Program-made: the position numbers and the translations under genes
Source of the DNA: Candidatus Saccharimonadota bacterium
GTDB lineage: Bacteria; Patescibacteriota; Gracilibacteria; UBA1369; 2-02-FULL-48-14
Length of the DNA stretch: 32,000 bases
Reading direction: 5' to 3'
NCBI GenBank assembly: GCA_965230905.1
Contig: OZ246396.1
Span: forward strand, 150,001 to 182,000
Notes under the pieces: generated by a model
Told to the model about the DNA's origin: nothing
Seen by the model: the letters and a program-made list of their open reading frames with translations, nothing else
The model's database searches: none
Shown: positions 15,700 to 23,900 of the stretch, piece after piece
Numbering within the stretch: the first letter of the stretch is position 1
Layout of the letters: each line of letters begins with the position of its first letter

Positions 15700-18280
15700 G
15701 GAGCGGACCAACGGGACCTTGGGCGCGAGTGGGAATGTAGACGTGCCAGTGACCTCCACTTTTTGTGTTGCCCCGAGCGATGGCGCCTCTTTCTGTTTCA
15801 TCAAAAACCATCATGAATCCACGTGCTTGGTATTCTTCGAGCAATTGGATCATAACGGGACGTAACTTCTCTTCGATTAAGTCCGCATGCGGCCCACGAC
15901 TCCCCTTTTCGGACCAAGTGATTTCATTGCCAGCGGGATCCAGAAAACGTCCGTCCGCTACGTCGGCGGTACGTCCACCGGGGTGCGTTCCTTTGCTGAT
16001 TGAAACTGCATCTTGTTGTTCGGGGCTTCGCATTAAATCCATTATCGATAGTGAATAACCCCCGGAACGTGCTTTAAATTCGGCCGCGAAACGCTGCACA
16101 ATCACAAGCGCGTCTGAGTACAAGGTGGCGTCTAAACCTTCGTAGGGCTTTACCCGGTAACCCTCTCCTTCCATGGGCACGGGAACTCCAGCCGCTTTCG
16201 CTGCTGCGTAAATTTCTTGGTTTTCTCCAACGTTGGTGGAAAAAGCAAATCCATCCCGAGCCGCACGGTCCAGCAAAGGTTCGTAGGCGGTGAAAATATC
16301 CACACGGGGTTTATTGGTCAGAATTTCAGATACTGTCACTGGGCGCTCAGGCATTCCACTTGCACGCCGAAGCATTGCTTCCATGGCTTCAGCACCTTTT
16401 TTAGCTCCACGAGAAACGGTTCCTTTCTTTTTCAACTTAAACACAGGAACCGAATCAGCAGCAGCCGTGGGAATTGCCTGAATATAAGGATTCAGAGCGG
16501 TTGAATCCACCGATTTTAAAAGTGCTGTGGCGGCTCCATACGCTCCATTGTTATGATCAGGGTCTCCTCTTCCGTTATTGATGGCGCCTGCAGAAAAAGA
16601 TGCTATGAAGAGATATCGTTCACTTTCGGGAGCAGAGGTCCAGGCTTTTTTGAAATTAAGATCATTTATTAAAACGTTGAATCCAAGTTCAATGTGGTAC
16701 GCAATAGCCATGATGGTGTAGAACGAATGGGAAGGCGTATCCGTGATCATTGCTGCTACCAAATCCTGATCGTCGTACCTTGTTACCGTTTTCTTTTTTC
16801 CGGTGAAATCTTTTTTCTGCGGAACGAGAAATTTAAAGGAGGGGTCTGAAGTTTGGATATCTCTAAGCTGACTACTTTTTCCGCTCAAAAATAGTTTGAA
16901 TGTGTCTTCTAACAATTGTACTTCTCCCATACTCACCTCTATGTCTCCGACCGCTGGACCGTAGGGCAGATTTCCCGATTCAATGGCAACGGGAAGTATG
17001 TCCAGGAACGCATCACCTGAAAGTTCTGAGAAAAATTCCGCGTGCATAACGGCAAGAACCACAGAGGGCGTCATGTATTTTGCCAGCTGTGGGTCGTAAC
17101 CCAATTCCGCTCCATGTTTATTAAAATACGCACACGCTTTTTCTTGTTCATTCAGCCAAGATTCCAAAGTTACGCTGTTGCTTTTATCAGAGAGTTCATC
17201 AATAACGATGTCATAAAAACCAGCATCGGCCCCTTGGCTTTTTGCCCGTTTTTTATACTCCCAAACTTCTTGAAGATTGTAGAAAGGAAAAGAGGCATCC
17301 AGCACCGTGCCCTGGAGGATTCGTTTTTCTTCTACTTGGCGTGGGGTCATTTTTTTTACAATATCCACGAGCTCATTGTATATTTTGGTTTTCAATATAG
17401 GCTCCAATTGATCGATTTCTTTTTTATTAGCAGGGCGATCTTTTTTAAGTTCATCGAGTTTATCCTGGATTTGAGCTGCAGTTTCCCCCTTGTAGGCTTT
17501 CATTTCGCTTTGACTGGCTACGTTGTAACGCTCAAAAATATCGTGGTAACTGGCGTTGCTAGCTCGGTCTATAACCGCATCCAGAGCCAATAGCTCAGGC
17601 CAAACGTTTTGACTGGGGTCCCGTTTGTACTCCTTCGCTAAAGATTTCAGCATTTTATCCATTTTTCCGTTCAGCTCAGTGATCTCCACATCACCTCCAT
17701 CTCCCAAACTTTCTTTCAATTCCTCATCTTTCTCACTGGCAAGGTCGAAATCGAGATCCAAAAGGAAAGTGCTGCCATCGGGCTGGAGGACATGAATAGA
17801 TTCTGGAAAGTACAAGGTTTTAGTATGGATTCCCGAGAAATCATCTAAGTCTTCGGGATTGAGCGAGCGGCAAAAATAAATCACCGCATCAATGACTTTT
17901 AGTTGGTCAGCCTCAGCCATGCCCTCAAAAACATCGGCAGCCGCTAAGGTTCCTTTAATGAAGTGGTATAAAGTTTTGCCATGGGCCTCCGTGACCTCCG
18001 CCTTCCCCGTTCGATACATGTTGAATTGCCAGTCTTTTTCTTGATGAGACAGCAAAATTTGGTCTTCGGCGGTGTCCACCGGATCTTCCCCAAATCCACA
18101 CCCTTCATTAATTGCAGCGGTTCCACCTAAAACCAGACTGGCTACGGCCACCCGCGCCCAGGTTGGGATTTGTCCCATCAAGTTAATGATCCCTCGGCTG
18201 TTTTCAGCTTCGCGGGCAGCTTCAGGCACGCGCTGGGGCATAGGATCGTTTCCTTCTGGAATGTGAGGATTTTTTGCCAT
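15689..18280 (-). CDS. 863-aa membrane-anchored protein with a C-terminal LAS/M15-type zinc peptidase signature
   Basis: I moved the start to ATG 18280 because the track's TTG at 18322 lies inside the promoter spacer. TM segment WARVAVASLVLGGTAAI. C-terminus: DLMRSPEQQ...GTHPGGRTADVAD (His codon 15983-15985) ...GGHWHV (15743-15751), which fits the R..Q / H..G.A.D / H.H pattern of VanY/M15 peptidases. Confidence 0.75.
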   Translation of the reverse strand: MAKNPHIPEGNDPMPQRVPEAAREAENSRGIINLMGQIPTWARVAVASLVLGGTAAINEGCGFGEDPVDTAEDQILLSHQEKDWQFNMYRTGKAEVTEAHGKTLYHFIKGTLAAADVFEGMAEADQLKVIDAVIYFCRSLNPEDLDDFSGIHTKTLYFPESIHVLQPDGSTFLLDLDFDLASEKDEELKESLGDGGDVEITELNGKMDKMLKSLAKEYKRDPSQNVWPELLALDAVIDRASNASYHDIFERYNVASQSEMKAYKGETAAQIQDKLDELKKDRPANKKEIDQLEPILKTKIYNELVDIVKKMTPRQVEEKRILQGTVLDASFPFYNLQEVWEYKKRAKSQGADAGFYDIVIDELSDKSNSVTLESWLNEQEKACAYFNKHGAELGYDPQLAKYMTPSVVLAVMHAEFFSELSGDAFLDILPVAIESGNLPYGPAVGDIEVSMGEVQLLEDTFKLFLSGKSSQLRDIQTSDPSFKFLVPQKKDFTGKKKTVTRYDDQDLVAAMITDTPSHSFYTIMAIAYHIELGFNVLINDLNFKKAWTSAPESERYLFIASFSAGAINNGRGDPDHNNGAYGAATALLKSVDSTALNPYIQAIPTAAADSVPVFKLKKKGTVSRGAKKGAEAMEAMLRRASGMPERPVTVSEILTNKPRVDIFTAYEPLLDRAARDGFAFSTNVGENQEIYAAAKAAGVPVPMEGEGYRVKPYEGLDATLYSDALVIVQRFAAEFKARSGGYSLSIMDLMRSPEQQDAVSISKGTHPGGRTADVADGRFLDPAGNEITWSEKGSRGPHADLIEEKLRPVMIQLLEEYQARGFMMVFDETERGAIARGNTKSGGHWHVYIPTRAQGPVGPLLKP

Positions 18281-18301
18281 TGCTTTGTTGGAGATTAGAA
18301 T

Positions 18302-18330
18302 ATTATGATCTCTTTTACGCAACCTGTCAA
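18302..18330 (-). promoter_or_regulatory. sigma70-type promoter of the 863-aa gene
   Basis: On the minus strand it reads TTGACA (18330-18325), 17-nt spacer, CATAAT (18307-18302), then 21 nt to ATG 18280. Confidence 0.6.
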
Positions 18331-18365
18331 TAAGGCTGGCGCCCCTATTCCCTTCCCTGGAGAAC

Positions 18366-18394
18366 TTGACTATATCTCAATTTCATGTTTAAAT
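18366..18394 (+). promoter_or_regulatory. sigma70-type promoter of the 890-aa gene
   Basis: TTGACT (18366-18371), 17-nt spacer ending in TGt, TTAAAT (18389-18394), then 24 nt to ATG 18419. Confidence 0.55.
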
Positions 18395-18418
18395 ACCTAA
18401 AAATATCCTTGTGCATCT

Positions 18419-21091
18419 ATGAATACCAACGACCCAAATCAAAGCAATGGAGCCGAGCAAAACCACGACCTCAATAGATACGGCCTCAATGAGGAACACC
18501 TGAAACAGGTCAATGCCTGGGCCGAGATCCTCGTTTCTTCAAAAACATGGCCACTGGATCACACAGTCGGGATTGCTGCGCATCTCAAACAAAAACTGAT
18601 CGAGCTGCAAGTTTTTGAGCAAGGCGCTTATGAAAACTGCATGATTCAACTCCAAAATGCCCTGCTCACGAATCCAGGTTTATTTGAGCAGAAAGACTCG
18701 ATGAGAACTTATGTAGCAAGAAGCATCGGCATTTATTTTCAAAGAAGACTCTACGATATTTTGATGGAAGGAGGAGTTCAAGATGGCTACTTTCAGGATT
18801 TTCGAAGAATAGTGCTCCAATTGAGACGGACTATGCAAAACAAATGGCCAAGTGACAAGCTTGACGACTTGCTCGTTGACATAGATTTGCAAGTCGCCTT
18901 GAACGCCGACCCTCAAAGGCTTGACGTAAAAGAGCTAAGGATTTACCAAAACATGGCTAGGACAGTCAACACCGTACAGGTGGACAGAGATGAAAAATGC
19001 ATGACCGATAGAGCCTACCTAATGGAAGGGCCCATTTATTTGTATGCTGATTCCATACAAAGCAAAAGTGACAATTTAGGCGAAGATCACCTGATTCAAA
19101 AAGGCCGCTTGACCGTAGAAGAAATCAACGAGCGCTACAATAAAGAAAATGATTTTTTGACATACCTGAGTAAAGCGATCATTCAACACAAGGCCAGCGG
19201 CTCAAAAAACAAATTCGCAATAAATCTGGACCCCCAGGAAGAGGGCGATGCCGTCAAAAGAAACCTTTTCCCTTCTTCTTATCATCAACTTCTAACACGA
19301 ATACAGAAGGTGGCCGAAACCTCCGGCAGTAAACAGGACTTGCTCAACGCACCAATTTCAATCAAAGCCTGGCTGAACACTTTCGAAAAGGACTTTGAAG
19401 GAGACCGCATCGCCTATATTCATGACCGTAAGAATCCGGGCTTCGCAAGCGCAGCTCAAAAACACCTGAATAAAGCCAACTCCGATGGGCTTTTTAAAAC
19501 CCTGCTCTACGCCGCGAGCCATTCCAACAACAACGGTGAGATCGTACTGGCCCTGGTAATGCTTGCGAGGCACTGCGAAGAAGATGAAGGGGAAACTCCC
19601 ACCCATCGATTGTATAAAATTGTGACGGAACTTCTAAAAGAGCCGGACCTTAAAAAACTTTTCATTTTCTTTGCAGCTTTCGAAGATCCGGCGAAAATGA
19701 TGCAATTGCTCATGACGGCCGTGTACGCCAAAGAAGGCGGTGTAAAATACACCGTCAAAAAAGACCGGGTTGATTTTAATAAAATTAAGATTACAGAGAT
19801 CCTGGATCAAGAAACAATACAAAAGTTCTATCAAAAACTCTTAAACATTCAAGGCGACAGCAAATCCGTTGAAAAAGCGGTGAATTCGATAGACACAAAA
19901 ACATTCAAAGAACCTGACACTCTTTGGGATGAAATGGCGGCGAAGCGATCCATCGTGCTCGGTGAAACCCAAGAGATAGACATGACAGACCTCTTGCCAA
20001 GCAGCTGGCACATCTTCATCAGCCCAAAAAATGGCACGGATACATATTCACTCAAAATCAATATTACAGAAAAGAAAGGCCACCGATTGGATGTGATTGA
20101 AATCCATGGAAAACTCGATGAAAACGGATTTAAATCGGGCGTGATTTTATCGGATGAGGTCCGAGCTAAAATCCATAAAATAGGTTCCACGGCCGCCCAC
20201 CGTTATTTTGTACGCGCAAAAATAGAGGATGAAGTCAAAAGCAAACTCGAAGACAAATTGGGAGAAATAACAGGAGCAGATCCTGATGACGGAGCAGGCA
20301 CTGATCTAAATGATACAGGGGCAGAACCCGAACAACCTGAAACAAGCCTGCCTCCGGAGGAGAACGCCAAAGAACCAAACGTCACCCTTCCGGTCAAAGA
20401 AGCCAGAGCCAGCAAAGACAGCTTGAGCATAGACATTCGGGCCATCGACAGAGAAGACGACTCACAGCGTCAGAAGCGCATTCGTAAAAAAATGCTGCAC
20501 TCCAACAAGATGCTTAAAAAACACCTGACCGGAGAAAGCCTATCCGATGAAGATTTAAAGGAACTGCTGCTCTTTAGAAAAGAAGCCAGCAGCATGGCCG
20601 CGGGAGAAAGCGTTTACCCTCTCATCAAAGACCCTCAAGAAAGACGTGCACTTTTGACAGAAGACCCCACTGGCAAAAATCTTTGGGTAATGGTGAGATG
20701 CCCTCACTCCAAAGCGGCAGGCTTTTACCTTCACAAGCCAGGCAGCAAGGCCAGTGGACCCGTTTTATTCGATGTAGAAAAAGTAAAAGCCACCGATCAC
20801 TCGGTTTGGAGCTACGAGGTTTATTTGGACAACGGCTTTGAACCCATGGGAGACAAAGAGCTCAAGCCTTACGACAGCATTGCCGGCCTCAAAGCGGATG
20901 CCGACCCAAAGTTGGAAGCCCTCATCAACGGAATCAAAAAGGCTTACCCCGAAAACGAAGCTTACGCTAAAAATGCCATCCAAGGTTCCACGGCTACCCT
21001 GCACGTGCCAAACCAGCTCAGCAACCGCATTTTCAATCAAGGCACTTACATCAGCATGGAAGAGTTTTTAAAGATACAGGTGACAAAATAG
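18419..21091 (+). CDS. 890-aa protein of unknown function with an internal acidic/Pro-rich linker
   Basis: Long ATG-started ORF with no signal peptide or TM segment. Low-complexity stretch GADPDDGAGTDLNDTGAEPEQPETSLPPEENAKEP. No family recognised. Confidence 0.8.
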   Translation: MNTNDPNQSNGAEQNHDLNRYGLNEEHLKQVNAWAEILVSSKTWPLDHTVGIAAHLKQKLIELQVFEQGAYENCMIQLQNALLTNPGLFEQKDSMRTYVARSIGIYFQRRLYDILMEGGVQDGYFQDFRRIVLQLRRTMQNKWPSDKLDDLLVDIDLQVALNADPQRLDVKELRIYQNMARTVNTVQVDRDEKCMTDRAYLMEGPIYLYADSIQSKSDNLGEDHLIQKGRLTVEEINERYNKENDFLTYLSKAIIQHKASGSKNKFAINLDPQEEGDAVKRNLFPSSYHQLLTRIQKVAETSGSKQDLLNAPISIKAWLNTFEKDFEGDRIAYIHDRKNPGFASAAQKHLNKANSDGLFKTLLYAASHSNNNGEIVLALVMLARHCEEDEGETPTHRLYKIVTELLKEPDLKKLFIFFAAFEDPAKMMQLLMTAVYAKEGGVKYTVKKDRVDFNKIKITEILDQETIQKFYQKLLNIQGDSKSVEKAVNSIDTKTFKEPDTLWDEMAAKRSIVLGETQEIDMTDLLPSSWHIFISPKNGTDTYSLKINITEKKGHRLDVIEIHGKLDENGFKSGVILSDEVRAKIHKIGSTAAHRYFVRAKIEDEVKSKLEDKLGEITGADPDDGAGTDLNDTGAEPEQPETSLPPEENAKEPNVTLPVKEARASKDSLSIDIRAIDREDDSQRQKRIRKKMLHSNKMLKKHLTGESLSDEDLKELLLFRKEASSMAAGESVYPLIKDPQERRALLTEDPTGKNLWVMVRCPHSKAAGFYLHKPGSKASGPVLFDVEKVKATDHSVWSYEVYLDNGFEPMGDKELKPYDSIAGLKADADPKLEALINGIKKAYPENEAYAKNAIQGSTATLHVPNQLSNRIFNQGTYISMEEFLKIQVTK

Positions 21092-21161
21092 GAGCGCAGT
21101 ATTTCAGCGTTAGAAGCCTGGCTGACTTGACGATTGACTCTGGCTATGGGAAAAATAGTGT

Positions 21162-21914
21162 ATGGCCAGGCACAGTCATTTTGCGAATATGAAGCGGTGG
21201 AAAGCCGTGGTGGATGCGGAACGTGGGAAAATTTTCACGGTTCACGCGCGGCTCATTGCGGTTGCGGCAAAAAATGGCGGTGATCCTGTTATGAATCCGA
21301 TGCTGCGATCCGCCATTGATCACGCTAAGGCGGCGAATGTGCCCAATGCCAATATTGAGCGTGCGATTAAAAAAGGGACTGGTGAGGATAAGGACGGATC
21401 GGTGTTTGTAGAGGTGACTTATGAGGCCATTGGACCCAGCGGAAGTGCCTTTTTAATAGATGTGATTACTGATAATACGAACCGAGCACTGCTAAATATT
21501 CGCACGATTTTGAGTAAGACGGACGGCAACCTCGGTTCCTCCGGCAGCGTGATGTGGAAGTTCGCTAAAAAAGCGTACTTTTTAGTGGACGTAGGGACGA
21601 CCGCAGCGGATGAAGCGGAGCTCATGCTCATCGACGCGGGAGCGGATGATTTGGGACAGGATGAAGAGGGGCATTTTGAGGTTTACGCAGCCGCGGATCA
21701 ACTGGGTGAAGTGCGGAAAAAGATAGAGGGGGCCGGCTTAAAGCTTTTAAAAGACGAGCTGATCTGGGAGCCCAAGGATACGGTGATGGTTACGGATTTG
21801 GAAGCGGCTCAAAAAATCATCAAGTTGAATGACGCCCTGGAAGCGGATGATGACGTGGTGCGCGTGACGAACAATGTGGACTTCAGCGAAGAACTACTGC
21901 CCCATTTGGGATAG
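21162..21914 (+). CDS. yebC: YebC/PmpR-family transcriptional regulator
   Basis: 250 aa. HSHFANMKRWKA...GKIFT...ARLIAVAAKNGGDP..NP.LR.AI..AKA.N.P...IERAIKKG is the canonical YebC N-terminus. Confidence 0.9.
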   Translation: MARHSHFANMKRWKAVVDAERGKIFTVHARLIAVAAKNGGDPVMNPMLRSAIDHAKAANVPNANIERAIKKGTGEDKDGSVFVEVTYEAIGPSGSAFLIDVITDNTNRALLNIRTILSKTDGNLGSSGSVMWKFAKKAYFLVDVGTTAADEAELMLIDAGADDLGQDEEGHFEVYAAADQLGEVRKKIEGAGLKLLKDELIWEPKDTVMVTDLEAAQKIIKLNDALEADDDVVRVTNNVDFSEELLPHLG

Positions 21915-23336
21915 TACATCACCTACCGTGGGCTCAGCAGGCTTGGGCTGACCATCGGCATCTTGGAAGAAGCGAACGGTTTGATCCTTAAGCGGGTCTG
22001 CATTTTGTCGGTTGCGGAAGTCCTGAAGCAGCATGTCTTCCCCACCCTGGCCGGGCGTTGGAATGGTTTTTTGTGGCTTGGTCACGAGGCCTGGAAACAG
22101 AAGCGTTCCGTCTTCATCCATAGGCTCCACTTGGGGCTGAACAGGAGCATACTCGGCTCCGCCGAGGGGTGGCACTGGCTGGCCGAGTTTAGGCAGCAAG
22201 TAAGCGCCAATGTTTTGCTTCGCGAATTGCAGGGCCTCTTCCATGTTCATTTGCTTGATGCGGAAACCGGCGGCTTTTTTGTGTCCGCCTCCGTTCATGC
22301 TCTTGGCGATTTCGCTCACGTCGGCGAGCTGGCCAGGCGCACGGAAACTTCCCGAGATGAAGCCAGGTTCTTTTTCTTTAAGCAGCATAACCACTTCGGA
22401 GCCGGGGGCGTTGGACATGAGTTCGTCGATGATACCGCCCGTATCGTCGGAGTTGGCGCCGGTGTCGGCTAGGTCTTGCAAGGTGATGGTGGAGTAAACC
22501 AGTTTGAGTGCAGGCTCGTATTGAATTTTAGAAAGCACACGTCCCCACAATTTGAGGGTCGCGAGGCTCTTGGTTTTGAAAATATGTTTGATGATTTCTT
22601 GCTGACGCGCGCCGCGTTCCAAAAGGTCTGCGGCCACTTCAAAGGCTTCCGGCGTCGTGTTGCTGTGCTGAAAGCTTCCGGTATCGGTGATGATTCCTAC
22701 GAGCAGCAAAGTGGCTACGTCTTCGTCGATGAGTTCTTCGCCGCGTTCTTTTTCAAAGTTTTGCAGAATCGGCGTGATCATTTGCGTGGTAGCAGCAAAA
22801 CCGTATTCCAGGTAATTGTGAGAACCAAATTTTCCATTGGAGGCGTGGTGGTCGATGTTGAGCACAGGAATGCGGGCGAAGAGATCTTTGTGGTCTTCGT
22901 AGAGCTTTCCGAGTTGCACGAGGTCGCCGGTGTCCACGGTCACAATCAGGTCAAATTCCGCTTCTTTGCTTTGAAAGCTGAGGTCGTGCGGCGTGAATCT
23001 GCCTTCCTTGGCGGTCACAATAATATTTATTTTTCCTTGTTCCACTTCGTATTTAAGATGATCCACTTCAGCGTTTTCGGTGCTGAGTGAAATCACGAGG
23101 TCACGAGAAGGCGCGATGCTCGGTTGAATTTGGCTAACAAAAGGCAAGAACTTGAGCGCGTCCGGCATATGCTCGTAACCCACCACGGTAACCTGTTTTC
23201 CCATCTTTCGAAGGGCTACCATGAGCGCAAGTGAACTTCCCACGCTGTCTCCGTCCATGGGGGAAGAAGGCGCAATGAGGATATTTTTTGCGTTTCGCAG
23301 GAGGTCTTCCGCTTGTGTTCTATTGATCAGATTCAT
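21894..23336 (-). CDS. DHH/DHHA1 phosphoesterase (NrnA-like) with a ~100-aa Pro/Gln-rich C-terminal extension
   Basis: Motifs DGDSVGSSLAL, NIDHHASN, GIITDTGSFQHSNTT and GGGHKKAAGF. The tail after about residue 380 is low-complexity. The 3' end overlaps convergent yebC by 21 nt. Confidence 0.8.
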   Translation of the reverse strand: MNLINRTQAEDLLRNAKNILIAPSSPMDGDSVGSSLALMVALRKMGKQVTVVGYEHMPDALKFLPFVSQIQPSIAPSRDLVISLSTENAEVDHLKYEVEQGKINIIVTAKEGRFTPHDLSFQSKEAEFDLIVTVDTGDLVQLGKLYEDHKDLFARIPVLNIDHHASNGKFGSHNYLEYGFAATTQMITPILQNFEKERGEELIDEDVATLLLVGIITDTGSFQHSNTTPEAFEVAADLLERGARQQEIIKHIFKTKSLATLKLWGRVLSKIQYEPALKLVYSTITLQDLADTGANSDDTGGIIDELMSNAPGSEVVMLLKEKEPGFISGSFRAPGQLADVSEIAKSMNGGGHKKAAGFRIKQMNMEEALQFAKQNIGAYLLPKLGQPVPPLGGAEYAPVQPQVEPMDEDGTLLFPGLVTKPQKTIPTPGQGGEDMLLQDFRNRQNADPLKDQTVRFFQDADGQPKPAEPTVGDVLSQMGQ

Positions 23337-23353
23337 TGAGAGGTATTCTTGCT

Positions 23354-23382
23354 ATTATACAATATTTATCTGTTCTTATCAA
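23354..23382 (-). promoter_or_regulatory. sigma70-type promoter of the nrnA-like gene
   Basis: On the minus strand it reads TTGATA (23382-23377), 17-nt spacer, TATAAT (23359-23354), then 17 nt to ATG 23336. Confidence 0.55.
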
Positions 23383-23440
23383 GGGGTCAGAGTCAAGATA
23401 AGCTTTTACTTTAATGCGAAGGCAAGCCAAAAGCAAGGTC

Positions 23441-23469
23441 TTGTCTAGACATGGGTCAGAGATTAGAAT
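23441..23469 (+). promoter_or_regulatory. candidate promoter firing into an ORF-free region (possible sRNA)
   Basis: TTGTCT (23441-23446), 17-nt spacer, TAGAAT (23464-23469). The next plus-strand termination signal is the hairpin plus T-run at 23625-23656. Confidence 0.35.
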
Positions 23470-23624
23470 GCTCGTGACGACCTGGCCTTGTACGTTGCTA
23501 CTCCAAAATTAAATACCCTCACAATAAAAGGTTCCCTCGAGGTGACTAAAGCCTTTTATTGAAGTTTTCTGCGCAATCACTTATAATATATTCGACAATT
23601 CTTAGGATGAGTACCGTCTCAGAT

Positions 23625-23656
23625 AAAAGACCCTCCTTGTGAGGGCCTTTTATTTT
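23625..23656. terminator. intrinsic terminator after the tRNA-like gene, possibly bidirectional
   Basis: On the minus strand it reads AAAAGGCCCTC-ACAAG-GAGGGTCTTTTAT (7-bp stem with one G:U). The plus-strand reading has a 5-bp GC core (the same position becomes A:C) followed by ttttatttt. Confidence 0.6.
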
Positions 23657-23661
23657 CCCAG

Positions 23662-23735
23662 TGGTGGACCTGCGGGGATTCGAACCCCGGTCCTTAAGTT
23701 GACAATTCTTAGAACGGCAACCAATTCCCAGGCCC
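23662..23735 (-). tRNA. 74-nt tRNA-like gene with encoded CCA, apparent anticodon UGU (Thr), non-canonical features
   Basis: Minus-strand sequence: GGGCCTG GG AATTGGTTGCCGTT C TAAGA ATTGTCA ACTTA AGGAC CGGGG TTCGAAT CCCCG CAGGTCC A CCA. The acceptor stem (with G3:U70) and T arm are perfect. Only 17 nt occupy positions 8-26. The anticodon stem has an A:A mismatch at 31:39. Position 37 is C. Confidence 0.55.
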
Positions 23736-23900
23736 ATAACCACTGGTAACTCTGTTATAACTCACCGACCTTTATGAAACCCTGAAAGATTCCTGAATTA
23801 ATTCTGAATTTTTCCTGACAAAATTAGTTTTTCTCGTTGTGCAAATGTGCAAAACTTCTGGACAAATTTTACCCTGTAATTTAACCGCTGGCGGTGATTT

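Noticed and set aside
16700-17100. Possible lytic-transglycosylase-like motifs in the middle of the 863-aa protein (MHAEFFSELSG, SMGEVQLL, ASFSAGAINNG)
   Set aside because: The spacing and residues only loosely resemble the SLT E-S / GLMQ / AYNAG pattern. The match is too weak to call without a profile search.
17042-17593. 183-aa plus-strand ORF inside the 863-aa gene
   Set aside because: It is the antisense frame of a long, uninterrupted ORF. Its Phe/Ile-rich translation is what the reverse strand of an AT-rich Lys/Glu-rich gene would give.
18281-18322. TTG start at 18322 for the large minus-strand gene
   Set aside because: The TTG lies inside the 17-nt spacer (18308-18324) of a near-consensus promoter (TTGACA 18330-18325, CATAAT 18307-18302). 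The ATG at 18280, downstream of the -10, is the more coherent start.
21963-23090. Plus-strand ORFs 21963-22472, 22210-22497 and 22476-23090
   Set aside because: They are antisense to the DHH phosphoesterase gene and give low-complexity translations.
23662-23735. tmRNA (ssrA) tRNA-like domain, considered because of G3:U70 and the ...TCCACCA 3' end
   Set aside because: The two acceptor strands are only about 60 nt apart and enclose a complete compact cloverleaf. There is no room for pseudoknots or a tag reading frame, so this is tRNA-sized and not tmRNA.
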